Made by a program: the position numbers and the translations under genes | In this document: positions 25,473-36,908 of the stretch, one piece after another | Layout of the letters: every line of letters starts with the position of its first letter | Numbering within the stretch: the stretch's first letter is position 1 | Notes under the pieces: model-generated | Database searches by the model: none | What the model saw: the letters and a program-made list of their open reading frames with translations, nothing else | Told to the model about the DNA's origin: nothing | Source: Nemertoderma westbladi | Taxonomy: Eukaryota; Animalia; Xenacoelomorpha | Length of the DNA stretch: 64,000 nt | Assembly (NCBI GenBank): GCA_032718475.1 | Contig: JAUCBJ010008580.1 | Coordinates: 15,958-79,957, forward strand | Reading direction: 5' to 3'

Positions 25473-27077
25473 CTATAAAATATAAAAAATCACAGTTTCT
25501 AAAATATAAAAATACTCTAAACAGTTAGTTCTTCTTACGTGAATGGCGTTTACGCAGTTTTTTGAGGCTAGCAAGAGTCCTTTTCTCTTTGGGGCGAGCC
25601 ACTTTACTTGGAGGGCTATAACTCCTAGGTGAAGGGTGCAATACAATTGCATCAGAAGGTTTAGGGTTACGGTCGGTGTATCCGCCGGTCGAGGTACCCG
25701 GTTGATCGGTATCAACCTCAGCGGAACGAGGTCGAACAACCTTGAGAGCGCGTTTTAAGACAGCAGCTCTTACTGGTCCCTAACGGGTCGTTTGCACAAG
25801 AGCGGTAGGTGGACCGTGTGTAGTAAGAAATTTCCTCGGTTTGATGGTTCTTTCCAACTCGCTCTCGGGCTCTATCGGAATCGATATGCTTCTCCTCGAG
25901 CTGATTTTCCTCCGCTTGTCGTAGGAAGCATTCGTCCAAAACTCTTTCAGAGAGTAGGGTCGTCCAAGTTCGATATCTTCTTAGAGATTCTGGATTTCCC
26001 GATTAAACTGAGATAAAGCTGATTCGTTTACCGCTTGGACTTGCTGCTGCAATTTACGTTTCTCTAAACAATCGTAGGTTCCTTTTTCGATCTTTTGTCG
26101 AATAGTGTCTAACACGTTTCGTACAACTCTCTCCTCCACCTCGGTGACAGGTTGTATCGGGGTTAAACCGGGACGATTAGACGGGTTGAACGGCGATATT
26201 AAATGTCCGCGTCCCAATCCGGCTAGGTAGGATGGGCGAATATCTAGGGAGCCCACAACCGGAGTGCCACTGACTAATTGTTCGGGTAACACTAGATCTT
26301 TGAACAATGAGCACAGCTCAGGAGGATCCATCATACTATTAGGATCAAGAGTCTGAGGTTTCACCAGGGAATGAGGAGGTCTGACCGAGTATTCCGGAAC
26401 TCCAATCAGAGGTTTATTTAAGGATCGTTTGAGTCGAGCGAGCGTAGGTGATAAGTCGAACAAGTTTCGCTCGAAACTCCCGTAAATATAGCAAGTAAAA
26501 CTGTGTTTAGCGCAACGTCTCCGCGGATGTTTATGTCTTTCCGGTCTGTTGGTTGGGTCTAGGGCATTCATCGTAATAATACCAAAGACGCACGTCTTGT
26601 AGGGGAAACGCTGGTGATCTTTCTCCAGTTTTACAATGTCTCTCTCAAGAATTCCAAATATACGTTGAAGTCACTGCGTTTATCCGGTTCTTTAACGTCT
26701 TCTCTTTCGAGTTGGTTTCGAATAGAATTTTCGTGTTCGATTCTCAGTTTATCGTTCCGACTCCGCTGGGTATGATATTTAAATAGGATCATTTCCCTTT
26801 CGGTGTCTACATCGTCCATATCGTGTAAATCGATAGGATGGCCAGTAGTAAAGAAGTCTATATATGTACCATTACGATGCGTATAGCGAGCGGTGAATTT
26901 TCTATAGTCCAATTCACGCGTGAGCTGTTCCTTTGACATTGGCGGTTCGATATAACGGCCATCGTCCTCCGTAGTGGGTGGACTAGCGTCGCCGCGTATT
27001 AAACTATCAACAAACGCTTGCAATGGTAGGGTATATCGCTCCCTGATTCCAAGATCATCTTCTATCAACTCAGTCAT
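25473..27077 (-). pseudogene. Disrupted accessory ORF between pol and the 3' LTR of BEL B
   Basis: ORF pieces 26631-27077, 25981-26571 and 25718-25939; motifs DTE..YHT, DFNVYLEF and RCAKHSFTCYIYGSF resemble the N-terminus of ORF 47383-51135. Confidence 0.6.
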
Positions 27078-27869
27078 AGCTGCTATATGAGTTTATCGAT
27101 ATTATAATTAATTATAATTTAGGCTAGCGGTCGTTGCTGCCTCCCCCTCAATGCCCCCGGACAGCGCAAGCTCCTCAGCGCTGATGTACTGTCGCCGCTG
27201 TGTCTATCGCCAACATAGTAGCTACACAATGACAACAACAACCAGCGCGAGTCACTCCACTGTCCGTCCCAAGGGCTTAGATTTACTTCAGGTTCTTACT
27301 GCAGAGGTAGGGCTACTTTCACAACTGCGACTCGCTACTGTAAACACACTTTAGTAGTAACATTCACCTATAAACGCACAAATTCCACACAACTGTCACA
27401 AATTGTACACATTCGGGCCATTTGTCCGTTAGTCAAGTGCCTTCCAGAATGCCACGTTATTATTATGTATCCCTGGATACTAGCAGTGCGCTATTTATTC
27501 CGTATGCTATTCAATGGGGCAAGCTTTCTATTATTCTTTTAACTCGCTTCTAATTCTAGCGTGGTTGTTGCTATGGTGACATTATGGAAAGCTAGCAGTA
27601 GAATTAGGGTAATTCTCATGCATACAGATCTGGGATGCTATTTAATAGTAATTCTTTAATTGTCAATATTCCCCCTTATACATGATTTTATGAATTTTAT
27701 CGGCTATTGACTATATATTGGAGATTCTCTCACGCTAATATACTTAATAGGGTGAATCTCCGCTCCCATGATCTATTAATTAATGAAATTTTGGGAATGT
27801 TATAAATTGTATAAAATGACAATTTATCAAATTCATGAGAAGATATGAATTTAAATTTATTCCCGTAAA

Positions 27870-28280
27870 TTTTATTATTTAATATTAAAATAGACCAATT
27901 TTATCCAGACATGTCTGGGGACTAGGATCCTTAATTCTAGGAAATTTGTCTTTTTAAGAGTATCGGTAAGTGCTACGATATCTTAATCGACTAGAATTCT
28001 AAAGGATCTGAATTTTAACAGATTTTGATTTATAGATTTTCTTGGTTTACAAACTCCTTAGAGTTTATTGGTCTGCATTTACTCTATTATAACATTTGTT
28101 TTAATAGATTTTTGTAAATATTAAATAGTTAATATTTAAGATGGGCACCGATTTATTCCAGAACTTGTCTGGGGACGTTAACCACTGATTCTAGAATTTT
28201 GTCTTTCAAGTATATCGGTGGGTGCCACGATATCTTAATCGACTAGAATTACAGATGGTCAAAGGGTTTAACAGATTTAT
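27870..28280. repeat. ~250-bp direct duplication in the BEL B intergenic region
   Basis: TGTCTGGGGAC...GATATCTTAATCGACTAGAATT...TTTAACAGATTT occurs at ~27910 and ~28165. Confidence 0.65.
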
Positions 28281-28804
28281 TTTGCGTTTCACGCTACTGT
28301 TAAAGGGACATCACACTACTATATGTATTATTTAATATATGGTATGAGAGCAATATTGCAAGAAGCAATGTCAGTGAGAAGAGGCAAGTCGTTTCCAAGG
28401 TCTACCCAGAGCTTGGTTTAGCCGAGACACGAGGATCTGAACTTTGCATTCCTAATACTCTACTTACCAATAATACTTGAGTATAGTAGGAGCTTTATTG
28501 TACTTTAATAAGTACGGACATTTCATCTTACTGCAGTCACGTATTTATAATATGATACGGACAGTAAGGAAAGAGAAAAGAATTATTTCTCGCCGTTGCA
28601 CTAAATATATAATGTTAAGTAATTAATTAATAAACACGAGTATATATTGCACTAATTCTACTAAATAATCGCTAAAATAACATTCTACTAAATAAAATTA
28701 AAGAAAATGATTATAATAATAAAATTACGTAATAATACATACATAAATATAAAAATAATAAAAATATATAAAATAATGTAGTCACACACCCACTCCAGAC
28801 GCTG

Positions 28805-29325
28805 TTACGTTGGGGAGTCCCTAGATGTTTGTTGGATTAGGGAGGTGGTCGTGGGAAGAGTATCTTGCCTTCCATAGTTTCCGGATAGTTCTCGGTCTCT
28901 TTCCAGTAAACATAAACGACCAACTGGGCGATTGAGTTGTTGTGTTTCGAATAAAGTTCCAGGTTTCTTCTTCGTCCTGGAATAGTGACGATGGAAACAT
29001 CGCTTCAAATACACGACGGCCTTAGAAAGCCGATTCCAGGAGCTATAGTGGTTTATTGCTCTCTGCAGGAGAGGTGAGAGCCCCTGCGAGACGTCTGGTG
29101 TTCCAGATTTCCAGTCTCTTTCTCTGATTTCCACAACAGATTTATTTGTGGCGGGGAGTTTAGATCCACAGCGTCGTCCCCTGAAATGTGTAGTACAGAC
29201 AGATCAATCATGGGTTTAAATAACATTGATTTACTCGTCCGGGTTTTAGGTTTGACTTTCTCCGCTCCCTTGGCTTGTCTAATCTCAGCCGTGGTGAGAT
29301 GAGGAGGCCATTCATCCTCTTCTGC
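28805..29325 (-). pseudogene. BEL pol remnant (post-RNase H linker joined to integrase C-terminus)
   Basis: EEDEWPPHL (~29300), HYSSWNRLSKAVVYLKR, then LNRPVGRLCLLE, which matches the pol end of element C (VDRPVQRLVLLE). Confidence 0.75.
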
Positions 29326-29327
29326 TT

Positions 29328-30602
29328 GTGGTAGCTGCCAAAATATACAATAAAATGATTCTATATAGGATTAGGCCTCACATAGAGAAACTACTGCGTA
29401 AGAGCCAAAACGGATTTCGACCAAGTAGATCAACAATAGCTCAGATACTTGCACTACGGAGACTGATTGAAGGAATCAAGTCAAAGAATCTCCCCGCAGT
29501 CATGACTTTTGTGGACTTCAAGAAGGAATTCGACTCCATCCATAGAGGTAAAATGCTTGAAATCCTAAGAGCTTATGGAATACCAGAAGTAATTGTTGCT
29601 GGCATTGGATTGCTATATTGTGACACAGAAGCGCAGGTACTCTCACCAGATGGTGAAACTGAGTTTTTCTCAATCCTGGCTGGCGTACTGCAAGGTGACA
29701 CATTAGCACCATTACTATTTGTAATTGTGCTGGATTACGCAATGAGGACGGCCACAAAGGGTGAAGATCTGGGATTCACACTTCAAGAACGCAGAAGTAG
29801 TAGATATCCGGCAACTACAGTCACAGACACCGACTTTGCGGATGACATCGCCCTGCTCTCTAATACGCTAGCAGATGCACAGCTTCTACTAAATAAAGTG
29901 GAGAGGGCTGCTAAGGAGGTTGGATTGCATATAAATGCTACCAAGACCGAATTCATGACCTTTAATGTTGATGGAAACTTGACAACCATTGATAATGATA
30001 ATAATCAACTAAGGCAGGTCGATGACTTCCAGTACCTTGGATCATGGATAGAGAGTAGCAAAAAGGACATAGAAGTTAGGAAAGCAAAGGCTTGGGTAGC
30101 TCTATCAAAAATGGATACCATCTGGAAATCAGATCTCTCCAGGCACCTGAAGACCAAGTTCTTTCGAGCCACAGTGGAAAGTGTATTTTTATATGGGGGT
30201 GAGACCTGGACACTGACTAAATCACTTGAACAACGAATTGATGGTTGCTACACAAGACTACTAAGGGCAGCCCTAAACATCATCTGGAGACAACACATGA
30301 CAAACGCCGAGCTTTATGGTACAATACCACCTGTATCAACCACCCTCCGTGAACGCAGATTAAGATTCAGTGGGCACTGCTGGCGAAGTAAAGACGAGGT
30401 CATACCAGATCTACTTCTCTGGCAACCAACTCATGGAAAGCGTAGTCGTGGACGACCTGCCATAACATATATAGATCAACTTGAAAGGGATACTGAACTT
30501 GGGAGAAACGAAATTGCGACAACTATGGAGAATCGGGAAGCCTGGAAGGATCTCATTTCCACTGTCCGAGTTCGCTCGACCTAGTAGTAGAGTAGTAGTA
30601 GA
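29328..30602 (+). mobile_element. 5'-truncated RTE-clade LINE with an open RT-containing ORF (29328-30584)
   Basis: QNGFRPSRST, TFVDFKKEFDSI, GVLQGDTLAPLLF, DFADDIAL, FQYLGS, RRLRFSGHCWR, RSRGRP; (TAG)n tail directly after the stop. Confidence 0.92.
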
Positions 30603-31319
30603 GAAGATGTTAATTTTCAGATAATACACCCTCTAGCGGCAGACTATGGAACTGCAGACGGCTGGATATAGGTAAGAGTAATTAGTAATCAGAGGTGTCA
30701 CGAGAGGGGGGCGGGGCGCTTGGATCCAACTATTATTAAAAACCTGTTGCTTGGTTAAATCTAATTGGGGGTCATAGGTCAACGATACAACTGTCTGGTT
30801 ATAGATAAGAGTAATTACAGTAGTTGCCAGTAAGGGAGCTGTATACTCTAAGGCTAAGTATAACGAGTTGAAAGTCAATGAGGTCATTTAGCAACGGTAA
30901 GTAATATATAAAATAATTAATGTTAAAACTAAAAAAGGAAAACAATATTATAAAGTAAAAGTAATACAAACAAATAAATTAAAATTTAATACAAATAAAT
31001 AAGTATTAATAAATAAAAGAACCGTGGTGTCACTTATGACACCCTCTTGGGCAGCTTTGCGACAGTTGGACATCACTGATAACCATTGCGTGTCGGGGCG
31101 CTAATCGGTCTAATTTAATTAGGATAATCAATTAAACCCTATTTAGGAGTCATAAGACACCTTTTAGGGTTTAATTGTACTAATTAATTGATGACACCAG
31201 TCAATTAGCCTAATTAGGAGGTGTCACTCAGACAGTCTGGCGCCAATGACACCCAATGACACCCATAGGGTGACATTGGGTGTCACCCAGAAAGTCTGGC
31301 GCCAGTCAGTTAGGTCCAA

Positions 31320-31712
31320 GTGTCGCAAAGCCGGCCAATTGTATACTTATTTTGTTTGTGGCTGGCTGAGTTTGTGGCTAGAATGTTTGAACGCTAATAA
31401 GTCGGTCAATAACGAATCAAATAGAACCAAACTTGGTACACATGTAGTCTATTTAGAAATTTAGAAATTATACACAAAGACAGACTTCTATAGTTCCCCA
31501 GTCAGACGCTAGGGGGCGTATTGACAGAAACGTAAAAGTAGCTGTAATAGAACCAAACTTCAGATGCATATGAAATTTGGTTGTAGTAACCTACGAGCAT
31601 TGCTTAATTAGAAATTTTACACACAGACAGACTTTTACAGTTCCTCTGTCTGCTGCTAGGGGGCGAATTGTCCGAGCTCAAGTTCATTGTGCTTAGCACG
31701 GTTTAATTAGTA
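31320..31712 (+). mobile_element. Possible Helitron-like non-autonomous element
   Basis: AACCAAACTTGGTACACA motif, internal ~150-bp duplication, terminal hairpin GTGCTTAGCAC followed by TTAG|T; weak. Confidence 0.3.
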
Positions 31713-31922
31713 AAATGGTCGGGCAGTTTATATGAGAAATAAAATTAACAATAAATGCAAAATATAATAAAATAATAAAACAACACAAAGCGAGCATCTG
31801 CAGGAGGAGTTACCTAAAGAGTACAATAAAAGTGCATTAACGGCACACAAAATATAGCAGGGGAAATTCGTTAATTTGGTGTGCAAAACCAGATCAGGCG
31901 AAATTAGAAGACATTTAACCAA

Positions 31923-32690
31923 TCCTATTAAAACCAGGGGGCGGGGTTGTGCCAATATGAACCCCCGCCCCCCGAGATATTTTTTGTTATAACACTGAAA
32001 AAAACACAGTTTGGAATCTGAAATTTTATGACTTTTACTAAAATCGATTGTCTTCCTAATAGTGGAAACGGATTTCAAAAATATTAGGAAGTTTTTGAGT
32101 TACAGCACCATTTTTAACACAACTTTTAGCACTTTTTATTTAAGACGTTTTTTGAATATTTCATTTCATGAAATCTGATTTGTAACATCTCCATTTTTTA
32201 TTTACACCGGTTTTTTGTTGTTTGCAATTAGACAGAATTCACATAAATTAATTTCGAAATTTCAGACTTGTTTTTTCTGTGGGTGCCAAATGGTGCCAGT
32301 ACCAAATTTTGAAATATGTCAATTTTGTAAATTAATTTTATGAAGAGGTTTTTGGGATTCTGGTTTCGATAGAATATATAGGAGATGCACCAGCCATCTC
32401 AAACTTGTATTTTTCTGTGCTCTGTGCAAAATTTGGTGCCAGCACGACATTTTGAAAATCCATTCAGTAGTTCAATTGATTGTGATAACTTATTTCTCGC
32501 ATTTTATAGGTTTTTGGATATGGGTTCTGAATTCAATTGAATAAATAATTTTCTAACTAGACATCTGAAACTTGTATTTGTCGGAAGTGGGTATAAAATT
32601 TGGTGCCAGCACCAATATTATATCAATTGATAGTATCACCTTGTTTTTTTGCGTTTTACGGGTTTGTGAGGGTTCTAATTTAAATGGAAC
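31923..32690. mobile_element. Truncated copy of the 9625-11216 piggyBac-type MITE
   Basis: Colinear with the left part of the 9625 element (CCTATTAAAACCAGGGG, GAATCTGAAATTTTATGA, GATTTACACCGGTTTTTTG-like blocks). Confidence 0.75.
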
Positions 32691-32987
32691 ATGACCTACT
32701 TACTACTGTATATATACTGTACGACCATGAAAGCTGCATTCTACCTACTAAATTTAGTAGGCACACGTTTTCAAAATTATTTTTCATATATTTGAAGGAT
32801 TTTATAATAAAAGTCTTCTAGAACATTTTTTTATGATTCATTTCAATAGTCAAGTATTATAATTTTGAAACAACTTATTTTAATAGCTATTTTTATGTAT
32901 TATTGGTAATTGCCAGTTCTACTTTGTTGGTGCGTACCTACTGTAAGCCACCTCCTGGAATATTGTGTCTTAAATTCAGTGACTTAA

Positions 32988-34436
32988 CCCTATTACCACT
33001 GGGGTGTTTTGACCATTAGCACCACTGGGGGGGGGGGGGGGGGGGGGGGGCGATTCGGCCCACCCACTATATTTTTGTAGTCGTCTGATGAAATCCTACA
33101 AAAATTGGGCTGTTGGTGAAACAACTATAGATGAACACTACCAAATCTTAAAAAGTTAAAATTTCATAAGCAGGGTCTCATAATTTTGATGAAAAATAAA
33201 AGTAGTCCCAGGACAAAATTACAAAATTTTTCGTTTTATAAAAACTAATAGTGTGGCAGTGTTGGCTAGATTTAGTAGGTTTTTCAAGACGCTGAATCGA
33301 ATGTGATTATATTCCACTTCCAAAAATTGAAGTGGATGCTATTTTTCGTGCACCTAAGAAGTGGGCGTGGCACTTCAAATTTTGAAAAATTAGATATTCA
33401 GAAAATGCCCCTAATTTGTTTATTTCAACGCATCTTTATGGGTTTTCTGGCCGCTGAATCGATTGAAAGTAATATAGAAGCCTGAAGACTGAGTGGTTCG
33501 CCATTTTTGGTGCACCAAAATTAGGGCGTGGCACTTCAAATTTTGAAAAATACGAGATTCGGAAAATAAACCAAAATTGAAATTTTAACGAATTTATATA
33601 GGTTTTCCAGACCGCTGAATCGATTGAAAGTAATATAGAAGCCTGAAGACTTAGAAGTTAGCCATTTTTTGAAATCAAAACTTTAGTGTTTTTTCCGAAT
33701 AAAGAAATTTTGAAAATTTGAAGTGCCACGCCCTAATTTTGGTGCACCGAAAATTACGTACACAAAGGACTTGAGGCTTGCTTGGGGTTCTATATTACTT
33801 TCAATCGATTCAGCGCTCCAGAACACCTAGAAAATTAATTTGAAATCAAAACTTTAGTGAATTTTCCGAATCTCGCATTTTTCAAAATTTGAAGTGCCAC
33901 GCCCTAATTTTGGTGCACCAAAAATGGCGAACCACTAAGTCTTCAGGCTTCTATATTACTTTCAATCGATTCAGCGCTCCAGAAAACCTATAAAAATGCT
34001 TTTCAAATCAAAACTTTAGTGTATTTTCCGAATCTCGTATTTTTCAAATTTTGAAGTGCCACGCCCTAATTTTGGTGCTCCAAAAATGACGTACCACCTC
34101 ACTTACATACGTGTATAGAGCATTAGAGTAATCCAAACCAATAAAAATAAATAAACATAGCCCAAACATAAATAATTACTAAATCACGAATGACTTTGTA
34201 AAATTCGAAAATTTCAAAAAATTTGGTGCTGGAGACCAAATTTTGAGGTGGCACCCACATCGAAAAGTAGAAATCCAATTGCAACGGCGTTTTTTGCAAA
34301 AGATGCGGCATTAAATTTGGCTAATTCTCACAAAAAATTGGGCCGGTACGTAATGTGGTTGCATAGTTACAGCAACTAAAACCTAGGAAGGGGCCGATAC
34401 GCCCCCCCCCCCCCCCCCCCCCCAGTGGTAATAGGG
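32988..34436. mobile_element. piggyBac-type MITE
   Basis: TTAA TSD; perfect 17-bp TIR CCCTATTACCACTGGGG / CCCCAGTGGTAATAGGG; internal ~170-bp units in head-to-head arrays. Confidence 0.9.
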
Positions 34437-34758
34437 TTAAAGGCCACCAATTATTCTACAAATCTTAACGCCTAAGAATATTTATTTTCACTTTCAAACC
34501 TTTTTAACTACAAGCGTTTGAAAAGTGTTTTATTGAGTCTATTTAATTACTATCTATTAGGGAGAAGGGGGGGGGGGGGGGGACTGGACGCAAAACCCCT
34601 TCTTGGCGAATTAATATCCCGCCTTGATGAATTATTTCACTATAAGGTAGCATTTGTAGTTTAACTTTAACGTAAAAACTTTTGAAAATCCGACGTATTT
34701 TGATTAAGTTACAGTAATGTAATATGCCTATTTATATTTGTACACATAAAACCCTTAG

Positions 34759-34849
34759 GTACTCTCGTGGCGTAGTGGTCAGATGGTTAAGGCGTTGGTT
34801 ACATTACGTAGGTTATGAGTTCGAATCCCAGTCGGGAAATTTGTATTTT
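34759..34849 (+). ncRNA. tRNA-like Pol III cassette in the LTR (not a canonical tRNA); second copy at ~51924-52014
   Basis: A box TGGCGTAGTGG, tRNA-Ser/Leu-like TGGTTAAGGCG, B box AGTTCGAATCC, then TTTT. Confidence 0.55.
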
Positions 34850-34883
34850 GGGGCAATTTATTTTCGTGTGGTGCTAATTGATA

Positions 34884-35131
34884 GGCCAATGAGAAGCGTA
34901 CAGCGTAGCGAATAATGAGCCAGGCCAATCATAGGGCATAAATTACCTTATTGCTCAAATGTGAGGCAGTGGAAAATTCTGTTAGGATTCCATGTCCCAG
35001 ATTAGTGTAAGGGCTGGACTGCGTTGAACGATGAGCTGGGCCAATCATAGGGCACGACGCACTTCATTGCTCAATTGTGAAGCTGTGGAAATTTCTGTTT
35101 AGTTTCCATGTGCAATTTCTAGTATATAAGG
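34884..35131 (+). promoter_or_regulatory. Putative Pol II promoter in the LTR: three GCCAAT boxes and a TATA box
   Basis: GGCCAAT at ~34884, ~34923 and ~35039 within duplicated enhancer-like units; TATATAAG at ~35123. Confidence 0.55.
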
Positions 35132-36897
35132 CCGGTTTGCCTTCGGTTATGACTTCTACCCCCTTCGCTTCCAACGTTACTCTATCAGTTTACTTTTGTA
35201 AAATTAGTTAATTCGGTTTCTTGTTGAAACTTGTTTGATAAATCCTTTGTTAAAACTGTAAATATACTGCAATTTCCTGACATGTTTTCCTTTGGTCCGA
35301 CTTCGGGACAGCCGAACACCAGGGAGATGGCAGCCTAGACCGTTAGGCCATAAGCAACGCAGGGAAGGGATGTCCACAACACGCTAGCGCCCACATTGGA
35401 TCGACCGCGCACCCCCTTTGCCCCCCTTCGAAATGCTCAACTTGCCATGCAGCGCCCGCTTTGTGAGAAAGGTAAGACTTTGTTCGACGCCCTTGCCCGC
35501 CGTAAGACCTATAGATCAGGGTAAGCGTGACACCGCACTGGACGCCGCAAATTTAGGATCAAATAATTATATCCAGACACCCCCCCCCCTTCTTGTCAGT
35601 CCTACGAACCCCTGGGTTAACCTGTACTTCCTACAGGTGCGAACTATTGCCATTCGTCAGTACGCGAGTACACATTAGGCACGGACAGCATATGTTCCAT
35701 AATTTAGTGAGTCGTAGCACTGACTGTTTGGTACCGGTTCGCTTTGTAGAACGTACATTAGTACCCCCCCCCCCCCCTTGTCTGGAGTTAGCTATTTGAT
35801 CAGGCAAGGAGTATTTCTGCTACCGGCACACTGCTTGGCCTAGGGAGGTTTATTAATATCCTACCGCGCCTTGCCACGTACTGATAGGTATTGCTGCTAA
35901 CTACCGCAGCAACAAAGTTCTAGAATTAAATTAGTATACCAGATCAGCTAACGTACGGTAGCGATTAACCCCTATTCTTATCTTACAACCAGAATCTGGT
36001 ATTAGTGCCGATCACGGGTGTAGTTACTAACACTGTGGTTGCCCATTGGGTTGTGGATAGGAAGGAGAGAGCTTTGACGTCATTCGTGAGTATAAAGTTC
36101 TACAAACGCGACTAGTTTATTTTAGTAGCTAGCGCACGGTATCATTTTAGTCAGAAAATCACTAAAACCTAGTAAAAGGAATTACCCGAAATTGTTTTAT
36201 TTGTAACACACCCACACACACACGCCCTAAAACATATCGCCCTTAAAGTTCTACTAGCTATAGCGTACTATACATTACGTTAGGTGGAAATTATTTGTAT
36301 TTGTACAATTAGGATCTGATTTGATTGCGGCAAGATAAGGAGTATTTCACTTTCGTTATTAAACTGTTGTTTGTCTGGACAACGGTATTGTTACATTTAG
36401 GCCTGACCCTTTAGACTGATTTCGTACAGGGGGATCAGTTATTGTTACATTTAGGTACGACCCCTTTTCGACTGATTTAGGACTGTCAGTGTTGTTACGC
36501 TAGGTCTGTTAACCCACTAGCTCGTATATAACCCATATAAATCACACCGCGGCAAGTTACTGTATTTAGGACTGTCAGTGATAGTTAGGATTCGCTGCGT
36601 GGGGATTGTTTTCCCGTGAGTTTGGTCTGTTACGGTAACTGTACATCTGCCTCACCGGTTAGAGGACAGGTATCCTTCTGTCTAGTACGTAGGCATTAGA
36701 CCCGCTCACGTACATAGAATAGATACAAGGCTCTGTTCCTCGCCAGTAGTCGTTTGTGTACTATATCTGTTTGTTTAGATATCCTGGACTGGGATTTGTT
36801 TTCAGATACTGTACAAGCCCGTATACATTACTAGAGTCTCATAGTAAGATACATCGTTACTAGGATCTGGTAAGCGGTATACTACTGGACCCTTACA

Positions 36898-36908
36898 GTA
36901 GGAAGTAC
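36898..36908 (+). promoter_or_regulatory. Non-tRNA primer-binding site of BEL C (GTAGGAAGTAC)
   Basis: Abuts the LTR end; exact reverse complement GTACTTCCTAC at 35624-35634 (and 52794-52804). Confidence 0.62.

Larger units (their letters stand above)
24252..29325 (-). mobile_element. BEL/Pao element B, 3' remnant (LTR family of element A)
   Basis: 3' LTR at 24252-25446 preceded (element sense) by PPT GGGAGCGG; decayed extra ORF; pol remnant; 5' part lost at the RTE LINE. Confidence 0.85.
34625..36897 (+). repeat. 5' LTR of BEL C (2273 bp)
   Basis: TGATGA...CTTACA; direct repeat of 51790-54068. Confidence 0.97.

Noticed and set aside
31020-31320. Cluster of GTGTCA/TGACAC palindromes
   Set aside because: Probably a small foldback element, but boundaries and TSD could not be defined
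34759-34849. Functional tRNA gene
   Set aside because: A and B boxes are present, but there is no convincing acceptor or anticodon stem; kept only as a tRNA-like cassette
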